NCBI GenBank assembly: GCA_977030845.1
Contig: OZ365111.1
Span: 8,866,001-8,930,000, forward strand
Length of the DNA: 64,000 bases
Direction: 5' to 3'
Origin: Fimbriosthenelais zetlandica
Taxonomy: Eukaryota
The translations under genes were made by a program, and so were the position numbers. Numbering within the stretch: position 1 is the stretch's first letter; each line of letters opens with the position of its first letter. A model generated the notes under the pieces. The model was not told where the DNA came from, did no database searches, and was given only the letters and a program-made list of their open reading frames with translations. Of this stretch, positions 27,650 to 41,316 are shown in pieces.

Positions 27650-30600
27650 CTGGTGTCTTCAGAATACAATTGTCAAACTTATCAAAATCTGTCTATACTA
27701 AATAGAAAATTTAACTTTCAAATTTGTACAACTGGAAGACCGCATTTGCCGACCAGTGCGCAAATAAAATATTTCATAATGGATAATAGGCCTAACCATG
27801 GTTACACTCGAGAGTATAGAATGTCGGGTATAATAAGGTACTGAGGGAGGAAACACAGTTCCTATGATTCAATGCCATATGAATATAATCTATCAGTATC
27901 AGAACAAAATTAATGGTTTCTGTTACATACAGTAATCAGGTGAGTTAGGCAATCATTATAAATGCCCTTCCCTATTAAAGCTAATTAGTGACGCACAGGC
28001 TTTATTTTGATTACCTTGGTTGTTCCGTTCCCAGTGACATCAGGTGAAATTAAAAGTAACCACTCCCCGTAGTAATAATCAGTTACCGTCTTTGGACGGA
28101 CCGTGGGTGGATTTAGCCTCTAATTAGTGAGTTCAGACTAAAATCTTACAGTGGTCATTATCATAATTGCACAAATCTACAGCAGTAGCCAGCTCAGCAA
28201 GAAATGCATTGTCTCTGGATTCGTTTTCATCCCCTTAATCAATGTTGAGACAGTGCAATTATTGGTGTCCCTGTCAAACTTAAACCATGGTTGCAAAAAC
28301 AAAAAACGGAGAATCTTTCATTTATAATGGAATTAACGGTTAGGAGTGACGTGACAAAAGACAGCTTGAATTGAATGGATTTTGGTTCCAGCATTTGGAA
28401 GTCTGCATAAAGCCTTGAATATTCAGAACCAGTCATGCTCACTTATCAAAGGCGGAATCAAAGACCTTTGTATGCAATCGATAAAATATCCATTAGTTGC
28501 AACCAAAATTCAGATACAAAGCTACAGAAATAGGTTATATATGCGCAGCAAACAAATGGGCACTTTAATAATTCAGTGCATCCCGAAAAAGCGGACGAAA
28601 TAACCGCGGAAATCCTCGTGGCAAACCGCAAGTCATCCAACTGATCTAGTAGGTAGGATTAGTTGCAAATCGATATAAAAAGTGTGTAGCTTGGAATTCA
28701 ATATAATTATGGCAAGAAACTAGTAAAGACATATCCTTGGATCCATATTCATCATATATAGGGAATTATGAACATATTATCGATCTATCTGAATATGATT
28801 ATTAATTAGATGGAAAGTTCCATTGCACATAATCCTCTGAAAGTAGGCTTGCCTAATCCTAACGACGCTAGTATAATATATATGTCTAATAAGTAGCAGA
28901 AATATCGGCTGATAAAAGCATTGTCCAGCTAATATTACATTGAGAGGCCAGGGTGAGAGCAAATAAACGTTACTTTTAGTGAAACTTTTTTTTCAGCATG
29001 CTACAATAAAAAGGTTTCTCTTTTACTTACTCGATTTCATCCTATAAGAAAATGACACGGAAAAGCCATTTGCAAAGGGATTCCTTATATTGGGTTTCCA
29101 TGTGAGTTGTATAGGCAAATGGGAGACAATCATCAGGGAAAACGCATATTGGCCCGTAATTATGGAGGTAACACTAAGCTGTGAGACTCGCATATGGCAT
29201 TAGAGAATACAGGAGAATGGTGAATAATACATTAAAGCTATGATAATGAATTGTCACTCCCCATTGATGCTGACAGAGAAATGGCAATGAATGATGTTCT
29301 ACTCTACACGGGTAAAAGTGGGAACATACACGATGTCAATGTGAAGCTATTCTGCCAGGTTTTGTCACCTACATTGGCATTGATCCATGTTTGCTATTAT
29401 CTTAGTCGATGTCGCATGGATTACTCGTCAATATGCTTCCATATACTATAAGTGATTCATTGGATTTATGCGCCCGGATTTTTAATAGCTTTGTGTATTG
29501 AACACAATTTCAACCAGAAAGTTGAAATGCCTTGTTCATGTAAAACAGCTTTGTTGAAGGCAAATTGTTTATTTCGACTTGTATTGTCTGTCTTCTATTC
29601 AGATTCCGTTTCATTGGTATGCACAGTTAAATCTAGGTCTGCCATATATGCTTTTCCATATTGGTATGAAAGATTCTCTAGTTCATGGGATCTTGTGTTT
29701 GCATGTCTGGAGGATCCAACACTCAGAGAAAATATAGGGTATTGAAAAGTAAAGATGCATGCCCACTTCATATAATAATTTTTATGTTCTCTGACATTTT
29801 TCTTCTTTAAACCCGGAGACAAAATTCGCTGTGAATTCTTGTTCACAGATCGGGGTACGCACGCAAGATCTTTTAGCGTAATAGAATAAGGGCAGAGGAA
29901 TGTACATGGGAGTTGCATGGCTATTGCATGGCAGAAAAGGGGAAGAGAGGGAGGTCGCGGTCAATACAAGTCAATGCTGATCAGTCGCACACATCAACCT
30001 TCAAAGATGATGGAAAGCTTTCAATGAAATGTGAAACATGAAATAATCAGCCCCGGGCCATAGACAAAGCTATTGCTGTTGTTGCTGCTGCCGCTGCTTA
30101 CGCCTCTCTCCTTTCTGTCGACTGGCTAACTTTGACAAGGAAACCCGCATGTGAGATAGGAGCCGAACACTTGCTCGCAGCGTTAAGGTGAGGTACAGGT
30201 AGCCTGAGGCTCCTTAACGTTACCCCAGCGAGATTCATGCACATCCGGTTGAAAATCAAGCCATGGAAAAGGCTGGATTTTATCACTTGGAGAAGGAGGT
30301 GGTCTATAGTAAGGGTATTTTACAAAATTCCTGCAGGAATCGAGAATCAATGGGCATATGGATGGATCCTGAATATTAATTCATGAAATTATGGATTGAA
30401 ATAAAGTCCATAAAACATGTCCATTAACTCTAATTGTATGGGGTGGTTACCAGTGTGCACTGATTAGATCACATGTGTGCATTACAGGGATGAGTAGCTA
30501 AACGATGGTAAACCATCTGTGACTGGATTCATTATCAATATTTCCTGAGATTACCATGAAGGGAAGAAGGTTTATAACAAGGTGAACTGCTGCTGGAACC

Positions 30601-32270
30601 ACCAGCATCAGGTGTTTCTATCTCTGCCGGTCGATCAGAATGAGCATGATGCAGACCAGCGGATCTCACTATACTTTGGTGTACCACAGCCTGCAGCAGC
30701 CCTACTCTGACGTTAATCCACCCTAATGCACACATTATCCTCTTATTAGAGGAACAATAATTGCAGCGGAACCACCCCGCAGCAGAGCAACAATGTATCC
30801 AGACATGTCAGTAGGCATGGCCTGATTGATGCTATAATAGACGGAGTACAGCCCGATTACAAACATGCCCAAATACTGATATTACGTTACCGGGTAAAGG
30901 GAACGGGCAATGTCATGGAAGGTATCATAACTAATAAGGTTGATGCAAGCTTTGTAGATTTTTAAAGTAATCCACAATGATGGATGGGGGTAATCAGTGA
31001 ATAAGAATGGATTAAATTGCCTGTTTCAGGCAAAAGACAGATTTAGCAAGTAATTTCTCCTTCGTAGAGGGTGTTGCATTTCACAATTGGTATCATTGAC
31101 TGCCTGGCTCAAGACTAAAAAGACGTCATATCACGAAAGATGGGAAGAAGATATAGCAGTGTTTTATTTGAGGAAATGAGGGGAACACAGGGAAATATGG
31201 AGTACATATTCACATGATGTGAGGTTTTATCACAATTTGTGAATCATCAGAAACTGGCAGGACTGCGGGAGGGGAAGGTTGCCCGCGCCATGACATGCAC
31301 GGGGCCGAGCGGCCTTCATTACTGGCCACAATAGAACATGCTCTCCATACACTCAGGTGGTCCGCCGGGGTTAGGCTATGTACACATAGGGCATACACTA
31401 CCTTGTATACTATTCACTCAAAGTTAAGCTTCGCAGGAGTCATTGTCTGTGGAGGGGCTGGCAATGAGCCAGAAAACAAGTTCTCAGAGTAGCTCCCATT
31501 CCCCGTCTCCGTCTCCCAACACATTGAAATTTGAGGAGTTCATCAAAAGGAATCCAAAGTAAGAAAAATAAAAGGGAAAAAAGGATCTTCAATGTATGAA
31601 TGACCTCTCAATCTATCAGATTTTAAAATGAAATCGACAGGGGGCGATTGTCCCCCAACTGTCTACTTCTGTTTTTCAATTCTCCTCCAGGTAAATAAGG
31701 CTTTCAAGTGTTTGTTCATTCCTTTCAGCAACCTGACCTCATCACAATATTGAAGCAATCAATATTATTTAACGGAATGTTTTGTCACTTTTCAATTACA
31801 TTCGACACAAATGAAGAAGTACTACATTTCTTTGGTGGGATTTTCAGAAAACAGCCGAATAGGTTCATAATCATTTCAGTCACTTTTTTAGTACTTGCCA
31901 AAGCAATAATTGAAATCCCCCAAAGGCCTTCAGCAATGTAAAATTTGTCAACATTGACATCGAATCCAATTTGTAATAACTCGATCAAAAATATTTCCCT
32001 TCAATGAACAATGCGGTTTCATCGAAACTTCCTACAAAAAGGGACAGAGAAAGGTTTGAACTTTATACCGCATTGAGGATGGCTTTAAGAAAAGCCAATG
32101 AAAGTAGAGGAGTTCACACAGTGGGAGGTAATTTGTGAGAAGGAAGTGATGTGAGTAGAGACAGAGGTGTGAGTAACATAGGGATGGCGGAGGTAGAGGA
32201 TTACCTGCTCATCAAGGCTCACATATCAACAGGACGATAGGCACATTTACACATCAGCCTCACCAGATGG

Positions 32271-32385
32271 GTCACACCACTATATTCACTCAATTTACCG
32301 CTAGCCCCAGCCATTTGCACCACCACCTCTTCTGGCCCCAGATTAAGTAGATTGAGTCCTGACTTATGCAGATGACACTTTTTTG
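32271..32385 (+). pseudogene. Possible non-LTR retrotransposon RT relic (YADD motif)
   Basis: 32356-32385 encodes VLTYADDTFL, a typical LINE RT catalytic motif. About 85 nt upstream, in another frame, 32271-32306 encodes VTPLYSLNLPLA, loosely like SPLLFxLxxEPLA. A TGA lies immediately before the motif and the two pieces are frameshifted. Confidence 0.3.
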
Positions 32386-33394
32386 TCTGGGCCCAGGTGT
32401 CTTGCGAGGAAGGATTCTTCAGAAAAGCCGGTCATTGCTCTCTGACCACAACCCAAGACGGGATGTGTCCCAGTCATAACCTCAGCAGATTGGGGACATT
32501 TGGTAAGAGCCTCTTCCGCCTTACCACCATCCAATCTAAAAGGTTAGCAACAATGCCTATAATATAGTATAAGCATAAATCAAAAGGGAATTTAAGAGGG
32601 TGTCATGAGTCGGATGCTCCTAGTGACAAGATTTCCACAATAACCTTTCTTTCACCTTCACAGTATAGTCGCCATTTTCTTCTCACATTTCACTTCTTTT
32701 CATCTAACCTCTGTCACAAATCTCCCTCCTTTCACATTCTAACCCTTCCGACCACACCCAGTAAAAGGATGAATCTAAGACGTCTTAAGTGTTAGGTTTT
32801 CACACACTTAGTCCAATATGTAGAAAGGGAATTTAAAAGCTTTAGGACATTTCAAAGAACACCATATAGCAGTGGATTGGAGCTTCTTCCTTCCGGGAAA
32901 GTCATTCTATATACTACTAACAACTTACGATTTATTCATCGAGCACAGCTTGGATGGACGGGAGTGGATAATACACTCATAAAAGAATCATCTCGAAGCA
33001 GTTCCGATCTAATCTTATATTCAAAGGGAAATCTTATAATAAAACAGAGACACAATCACAACTCCTCTAGTGCAAAGAAAGGAAGGAACTGATAGATACA
33101 AAAATAGGAACTGAGTCAGTTCAATAGCTCAGCAACATCTAAGCAATACCGCATGCTGACTGAGCTTGCAATGCACCTCAGATTTCAATCAATGTCATTT
33201 TGTGAAATTCCTCCTCACAAAACAAAGTTTGGGAACGTTAAATTTTATAGGAATAGAATCCAACACTAGTTACTTCAGGCCAAACAAAAGCTGGGTGCTT
33301 TCCATCAGAAAGGAAAGCTACACAAAATTGCTTTAGATGAAGGACAGCGAAGGACAACTCAAAGTCAGTTCTGAGATGGGGCTTGAGAACAGCG

Positions 33395-33460
33395 CTTCTG
33401 GGCGGAGGCAGCGCATGCATTTCTCGCTACTTCTCTACGGGCGGAAGATGCGCCATGGTG
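33395..33460. promoter_or_regulatory. Promoter-like motif cluster
   Basis: GGGCGG at 33400 and 33439, GCGCATGCA (NRF1-like) at 33411, CGGAAG (ETS core) at 33442, and GCGCCATGG (YY1 core / Kozak-like) at 33450, in a CpG-rich islet. Confidence 0.25.
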
Positions 33461-33781
33461 CGAAGAGGAGTCCTCTAATGGACTACCAGATGAAAAGTTG
33501 CGTGTAAACAATGTTAATGCCCAGTGGACAAGATGCCTCTTCAGCATGACTAGGATTGCTTTAATCATTGGTTCTGCCATCCTCTTTGGATGATTTTCGC
33601 GTTATAATAGATATTATTTCACAGATATTCAAGCTTTTTATATCATTGCATGGTATATTATAACGTTCATGGGGAAGAATGATAAAGGTAAAAGTCACTT
33701 GTCTTAATGGAAGATCAAAACTCGATGAAAAATGGTATAGGTTAATGCTATAATTCATGGAAGTTTAGTAATGGCTTGGAT

Positions 33782-33810
33782 TTGTAGTAGTAGTACTTGT
33801 AGTAGTAGTA
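33782..33810 (+). repeat. Interrupted (TAG)n microsatellite
   Basis: ttgtagtagtagta c ttgtagtagtagta. Confidence 0.85.
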
Positions 33811-34165
33811 TATGATTTGGTACTTTTGCCCGGGCAGGTTCTTTTCAATGGCATTAGGCTGGCCAGTATGCTTTTACCAGGTAACAAGCAATTCTTTAAC
33901 CATTCTGCTGAGATTAAGGTTTCAAATTTAGTATCTCAGGTGAAAAAAGACATTGTCTTTGATGAAAAGATTTTAAAAATCTATGCTACACTCCTTATAT
34001 TCACAAAAGAATGCAAAAGGGTGTAAGGAAATGGTCTTGGTTAATCTGGAAACGTACCTGGGAAAGTTTTGTAGAGGTGTTGAAGACTGCTTCTACTTGT
34101 TTCCTCCTGGGTTTGGGTCCGAAAGACCGTGTGCCTCTCTGCTTCCTATTAAAGGTATTCGGTCA

Positions 34166-34268
34166 GGGGGGAGTAGTGGTGGCAGCGGTGGTGGTGTGGT
34201 GGTGATGCTGGTTCCGGGACGGAGGGTGTGGGTGGAAAAGAGTGGGTGGTGGTGATGGTGGGTGGGGG
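34166..34268 (+). repeat. Low-complexity GGT/GGG-rich tract
   Basis: Imperfect (GGT)n and GGG runs. This accounts for the Gly/Val/Trp-rich spurious ORFs at 33983-34255. Confidence 0.7.
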
Positions 34269-34429
34269 CTAGCAGTGGGCTTGAACCTGGAGCAGCCGAA
34301 AATCCAAAAAACCCAGTCCTCCTCCTACCAACACCGACACGCTCTGATGCTTTTCTTCCTCGAAAAATCAGGTGAAGTTGAGTTGTTCGGGCGAAGAAAA
34401 TGAAGAGGTCTTCTTTTGCTTTGTGTCAG

Positions 34430-34468
34430 GCTGAGAGTAGCTCGTGAGCAACTGGAGACAAACTCCAG
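34430..34468 (+). other. Candidate 39-nt cassette exon
   Basis: Acceptor cttcttttgctttgtgtcAG and consensus donor CAG|GTAAGT. Length is a multiple of 3 and one frame is open (LRVAREQLETNS). Confidence 0.2.
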
Positions 34469-35778
34469 GTAAGTTGTAGTGGTTGTCAACGCGCAGTACA
34501 GCACTCTTCAAGGGAGGTGTTTAAGGGAAGGAGATATAATGATACACCTGTTCTGGCGTATGCAACCTGACTGACTGTTCAAAGACAACCAGAGGCCAAA
34601 GAGGAGGAACCAGGGACGCACGCGCGCATCGGCTCTGTGCTGCCACATGTATTCGTGAATCACAGCTAATTATGCTAAACAGGGGCATTTGACGATAGTA
34701 ACAACACCTAGCGACAGCTCTAGTCAGCTGTTGTCAGCTCCAACGCATGCGTGTATATATAATATACATGTTTGAATACGTCAGTGCTATATAGATGCTC
34801 TACTTGCGTCATCATTTTGTTAAAGTTGTGGAACATTTTTTTCCTTGGGGGTGGTAAGGTGGGGGCTTTTTATATATAAATACGGAATTGAGTAAACTTT
34901 ATAGGGCTTCAAGTGATCCATAATGATGGATCATGTCAGAATACATGATGCGATATCAGAAACATTGGTGTGATATCTTCAATGATAAATTCAATATGAT
35001 GGTATGTCAGATTATAAATGGAATGCCATAGAAAAGGGATATTATAGATGACATGCAGGCATTTAGAGCGCATGTGAAAGTCACTATGGTTAATAGCAGA
35101 ATGTTCCTGTATTACCATGCATAAACTGCCTGGAAAGATCTTTGCGACTTTTGATGGTACATCATTATATTAATGGCCCTAAACCCGACTTGTAGGTTAC
35201 CATACATATAATTATGTAGATGGTTTAATTTTATCATGGATATTAACAGGAAGCAAAATCCCACGTGTTCAATGTAATTGTAATATTGAGCTCTCATTAA
35301 TTACTAAATCATATAGAAATTACCAACAACTGTAAACCTGGCAATTGAATTTTAAAAAGCTCGAAATTAAATGACATATAATGATACTTAAAGAGGCCAC
35401 ACAACGGTTGTATAGGCTGTTAAAAAATTATAAAAACTAGCCGTTGTTACAATATATATATCGAGTTGAGTAGAGTTGGCAAATCGTTACACTCAACTAA
35501 CTGTGGTTAAAATATAATTATATAGTAATGAACAATCTATAATGGTGACATAATATTTTTTTTCTAGTTAGAATTTTTATAGAGCCATATTATTGGTGAA
35601 GCCAGCTCACACTCTTGATGATTCAAGTTTTTACGTATGATCTTCATCTGGGGGCTCTTTTTCTACATGCACATCTACATTGCCTTCCGTGCAATGGATA
35701 TTTCTAGGTGCGTGTGCTCTAGAACGTATATACAACACACCAACACCCTGAGGAGGGAGGCATTGGAAATGCCTTGGA

Positions 35779-35862
35779 CAGCTCGGGGGATTGAACCGCC
35801 GACCCTTCGATCATTGGTCAATCACCCTGTATGAGCTGGCGCTCTAACCAACTGAGCTAATA
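35779..35862 (-). mobile_element. tRNA-derived SINE head / tRNA pseudogene with Pol III A and B boxes
   Basis: Minus strand reads TTAGCTCAGTTGGTTAGAGCG...GGTCGGCGGTTCAATCCCCCG. It has an A box, a perfect D-stem (GCTC/GAGC) and a B box (GGTTCAATCCC). The acceptor 5' strand does not pair with the 3' GCTGTCC, the T-stem pairs only 3/5, and the anticodon arm is broken by about 20 extra nt, so it is not a functional tRNA. Confidence 0.65.
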
Positions 35863-38800
35863 TAGATATGATGCAGTAATTATCTGAGTCCGTGCAACAC
35901 AGCTGTCCTTAATTATTTAAGAGTAATTTCAGATCGTTTGTTCTATCATTCTTTTCATAATTCATTAAATGTATTGCTAACCCATTAGAAGTCTTAGATG
36001 TTCTTGTTTTTGTCAAGAGAAATCCAGAGGAATTTGAGACTTTTCTTCTAATACGCTATTAGGACAGAAAAATGACCTTTCAAGATAAATATGAAACGTT
36101 ATATCTTCATGTATGTAATGGATATGGAATGAAGTGAATGCTCTGACATTCACTGTATTACACTGGACATGTATACGATTGACATTTGAAAAGACGTTGG
36201 AAATCAGAATAACGTAAAGAAACCCGAACTGATCTGGAGGATTAGAAGTTCATCATGATAATGGAAAAATCAATGAAGTTAAAACTATGACTCTTAATGA
36301 TAAATATTAATCATACTATTAATCATTAATGCAATAGTTCTTTCTCTGAAGCCAAATCTGATGATTGAAACAAATTTTGCCCATATTTTGTTATTTGCAA
36401 TCCTTAAAGATCTATACATGTATTATGGACAAACAGCAAAAAATTGTTTTCACTCACTGTGTTCATTGCATCATAGATTTTACAAGGGGTTTCTATTATG
36501 AGACCGGCTTTTGTGTTCCGTATTAAAAAGAGGCTTCACATATATCAGATGGAATTTCACCTGTGCTAGATACCATCCCACCTTTTTAGTCACAAGGCCT
36601 GTTTACCCAATTTCGCCCATGATCAGGTGATATAATGAATATGGGTTTTGTACATCAGGAATACAAAGCTATCATTATACCCCATGTCCATATTATGGCA
36701 AACATACAATTTATGTTTTTCGGGGGCCTTTGTGTCAGTCAATGTCATCCAATACATGTGTGTCAATATGGAGACAGCCAAGTCAACAAAAATTCCCCAA
36801 GTAGGCTATGGAAGACACAAAACTGGAAATGGTGCTTCTTCATGGGAAAAATATGGAATTTCGAATGTAAGCATAAATCACACCCTATTAAAGGAAGCAA
36901 AAAATTCATCAACCAATCAGAGGTAGGATAACATTTTTCCAGTGCTTACTGGTATAGCTCTTTGTAGAAAGAGGCATATATTTCGAGGTCAAGATACTCC
37001 AATGGCAAGGGTGACTGGCCTGACATGGACATGACCATGTCAGTGTCAAATCACCTTTAGCTCTCCATCTCACGTCTTGTGTTCAGTCAGACCCATCAGT
37101 TACAGGAACGGCAACTAATCAGTTACATGAGTAACAGGAAGACAGACTGCAGATTCAGACTACAAGTGCTGCTTCTCAAAGAGACGTGCAAAGGGGGAGA
37201 AACATTAGTCCACAGGAGAATTCCCAGCCTCCGAAACATTAGAAAACCCTAATCCCACACCATATGTGACTAGGCTAGTATTCCTCTGGTAAGAAATAAT
37301 CATGGGTAAACCGAGAAGAGGGAAACCAGAGAGAGTGAGAAAGTAACTGAGATGGCGAACGGGTAGATGAGTGGGGCGGGGTTGGTAAGGGAAGGAGGAA
37401 TAAATAAAGACAGAGTGAGGGAGATATTCAAGATGGAAGGGAAATAAAACTATGGTTATCTATGGTCTCATTGGAAAGTGCAGGTAGACATATATATATA
37501 TGAATATCGGTGAAGGGTGCTGTATATGCCGCTTGTACATGTACAAGGGTGTATACATAACCATAGTCTGAGACAAAGATCCTCTTCAACACCTGTACAA
37601 GCTGGAGCAGGTGCACTGCCTCTGTACGTACATGGTATGACATTGTCAAGTCTATAAATCACCCTCCCCAGTGAACAATTAACCCTGATTAGGTCACACA
37701 TTCCATGACAAGGACTGGCCACTGGTTTGAGTAACCAATATATAGCTACATTATCTCCAAGCCCACATTTACTTCAATGCTCAAATAGTGATTTCACTTG
37801 CCTATCAAGCAAATCAAAGGATTTTGACTCAGTCAATGAGTGCAGTTTTTACAGTAAATCATCACATTATATTGAGTATATTATTGTCCCTTCTTTCCGT
37901 CTTTGTGTTTAGATCTGGGTGACTTGAAGGTTGGATTCTTCTTTAGAGTTACTTTTAAAAGTGTCTACACATAGATTAATTGTCCTAGTGGGTTACGTCC
38001 AAGCAGTACCAATGCTTAACCTATCTGAGTCTGGGAATGGTAGCAATGCTGAACGAACTGCATGGGCCATGCAGTTCGCTCAGCATACATCTATAGCAGG
38101 TCTCTTATGAAAAACCCCCATAATATTTTTATCAAAATATTTCTTAAACATGATATGCCACTTAACCACCTATTTTATCATTAAGGGGATTGGATATTCT
38201 TTGTCATTACTCTATACTATTGATCCGTTGATCTGGATTTCCAGTCCAGGAGATCAAGATGATATTTGGATGCAATAACCTTCTTACCTTCAGGCCAGTT
38301 TGGTCCATCTGTGCCTTCCATCATTTTTGTCCACGCAGTTCGTCACCTCTGACCCAATGGAATGTGCAGCGGTCTTCAAGGAGGTTTACCTTGGCTTGGG
38401 CAACATGTCTTCTTGTCATTCTTGATTACATAGGGAGTTGTGTCTGTGAAAGAAAAGATATTTTTTCTTTAAAGAACTGTACTTCAACCTCACTGAAGTC
38501 ATAGAATGTGCTAAAGGTGCTGGAGTTATATTCTATATCAGGTTGTCTAGTGAGAAAAGGTTCTGGCATTTTACTCCAGGACTTGTATTGAGACATTGAT
38601 CCTAATTTGAATAGGACGAGAATATTCGAATTATCACAAGCATTCCCTAATGGAATATTTCCTTCCCTAACTTTGGTTAGCTACTAGGAACGCTAGAAAA
38701 AAACCCAAAGGAAGATCACTAGAATTTCAAGTGGATCACAAATTGAGAATCTGGTACGCTTGTAACTGTTAGTGAAGAGCAATGGTTCACTACCTTCAGG

Positions 38801-41262
38801 TCCAGCACCACTAGCAACAACCCATCCCTGCCAATCCAAATTAGCTCTAAAACCGCAAAAATTTTGTTCTTTTTCTCCTAGATGTCAGCTCAAATTTGAT
38901 TCAAATTGTTTTGGACTCGAGGCTCAAAGCTGGAAGACAACATTTGCTGAAAGGAGTTAGTCACTTGTCAAAATCTTTCCTAGCCAGGAGAAATTTTACA
39001 CTGGAAATCCGTGCAATAAATTTGGCATTCAACACAACACAAGTGCAGTTGCAACAGAATCAATATTGTTCATCACAGTCTTAAAAATTCTACATTAACA
39101 GGGTTCATTGACAGACTTCTCAACAATCCCTTCATAATTAGTCACACACGAAGTTCTATTATGCTGCTGGCATATGGAAAACATTATTGTGTATTAAGAA
39201 AAGGGCAAAAATGGGGGGAAATTGGGATCTATTCTTGAACTTTATTATTAAAGCTAGGGTCTCTTCGATGGGTAAGCGTATATACATGGACGGTGTCTTT
39301 CGATTGCCAAAGAACTAACAGCGGATCTCAGCCATAAAGAATTTTAATTAGCCCGGATAATTCCACCAGCCTGGAGCTGGTGATTGGAGTAGTTTTTTTT
39401 CTTCTAAACATCAGTTGGAGTCTATTGTTATGGTTCAGACACCCTTTCTTATAAGCCATTTCTCATTACTGCCTCCCTACAGGTTGGATTTTATTCGGGG
39501 GGTTTTCAGATGCAAGCTAACTGGATATAGTGAGGTAGACAGTCATATCAAATCCTTTTTTCATTTTCATTTTCATTCTTCTAACCTCAATATTCACCAT
39601 CTTTCTCTCAAACTCTTTTAATCCTATACTGAAGCATGCACATGGCAAAGTACCTGGTCTAAGTAAGGGATCTATGTATCTGCCTTCCAGCCAACTTTCT
39701 ATTATGGAAGGGAGAATTTATTGTTTTCACGGGACAAACACTACAGTGGGAACTGTCGGAACAATGCTATGAAAGTTTGGGTCAAATGAAATTTACCGAA
39801 GCTCACTGCTCCAGTACCAGCCTAAATAGGGCAAAATAGAGGAGCAAATGCTATCCGAGGCGCCTTGGATATTGTAAATTTCATCAGTAGCTCACTCGAC
39901 CTCTCAAATATTTATGGTGGCCCACCATTGGTATCAATGCTTTGTATATTCGTGGAACACACAATGCACAATGAGATAAAAACTGGGTGCTGGGAAGCAT
40001 TATGAGCACCAAAGGCATTGGCTTGGATGGAACAATATGTTGGTGAAGGGCGAATTATTCAGGATGTGGGACACCTCTTTGCAGACATGCAAACATGAAT
40101 ACATGTTTTTAAGTGTATTCTACAATGAATCATCAGACCTAAAGTCCAGGTGTTTTGGGGAAAATAATTGATCCACTCATTGGCTTTTACCTTTGGGATC
40201 TTTAATTTAGAAATGCTAATCCATAGTCAAAAATATGTACATGTATTGCATCATTAAAAATCCATAGTCAATAGATATACATAGACTAAGTCCCCTATAA
40301 AGTTGTAGCTCTCATTACAATCCCTTAGAGCATCTTCCATTAAATGAAAGAGGACCCGGCATTGTTAAGGGACTGTTAAGGGACGGGTAGCCTCAGCCAC
40401 CAATTGAAACAGAAACATTGTTCCTAACTTTCTATTCAAACGAGTTTTGTCACTGGTTAAACTATACATTCAAATCATTGCAGCTTTCAGAAAATGTACG
40501 ATCATTTCATTTTTTTATAACAATTAGAGTAATTGTCAAAAGCAGGCATCGGAAAGTGCTGTATTTCATATTTTTGCGTCACCTTCATATGCTAACAGTA
40601 ACACTGTTTTGGGTTGTCCATTCGATGGATCAGCGATAGAAAACCAAGGCCAATTAACTATATTACGATTGAATCCTTGTTGTCATGGGAACGTTGATGG
40701 CATGCCTAGTGGCTATTAGAGACTTGGGTGGGTCCCAAAGACCGTATATGACTTGGACAACACCCATGGACAACACCTGCTGTCCTCGAACATTACAACT
40801 AGAGACGACATAATATAGGCATGGAACTACATGCATGTACATTATATGGTATAAAGCAAAATCTCAAAAATGAAAGGACATATGTCTGGAAATGTCTCTG
40901 CCAAATTGTAAGTAATCCTATACATCATCCTCAGCACACATTCACCTTTTAAATCCAGCCCACCCATCATCGATCGATCATCAGAGGTTTTGAAGAAAAA
41001 AAGCAAATGATAAATCTCTGGTTTTCAGTCCTTCCCTTCTTAATATAATCATACATGAACCGAAGTGAATTTATCAGATTTATGAGACTAAAAATAAGGA
41101 ACAGCTCAGAGTAAAGTCATTATACAAATGATCAACCCAACCTAAAAGGTATAGATTTCCTTTCCTACTACAGAGTAACAGATAATGGTGAGTAAGTAAA
41201 GGGAGCATTATAGTGTATATAGGAGATGAACAAATATCGCCCACGTTCTTATTAGAATACAA

Positions 41263-41316
41263 ATTACGACATTCATGATGATTACGACGTTCACATAGAT
41301 TACGACATTCACGTGG
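41263..41316 (+). repeat. 18-bp minisatellite, 3 copies
   Basis: ATTACGAC(A/G)TTCA at 41263, 41281 and 41299, with 5-nt variable linkers. Confidence 0.85.

Noticed and set aside
31785-31988. Ankyrin-like IELLQIGFDVNV
   Set aside because: Single partial motif, no TPLH, and a stop 5 codons upstream.
33983-34255. Gly-rich ORFs (GGSSGGSGGG)
   Set aside because: By-product of the GGT low-complexity tract.
35779-35862. Functional tRNA gene
   Set aside because: Acceptor stem unpaired, anticodon arm disrupted, T-stem only 3/5.
41263-41316. CRISPR-like repeat-spacer array
   Set aside because: 13-bp unit with 5-nt linkers and only 3 copies, with no cas genes. It is an ordinary minisatellite.
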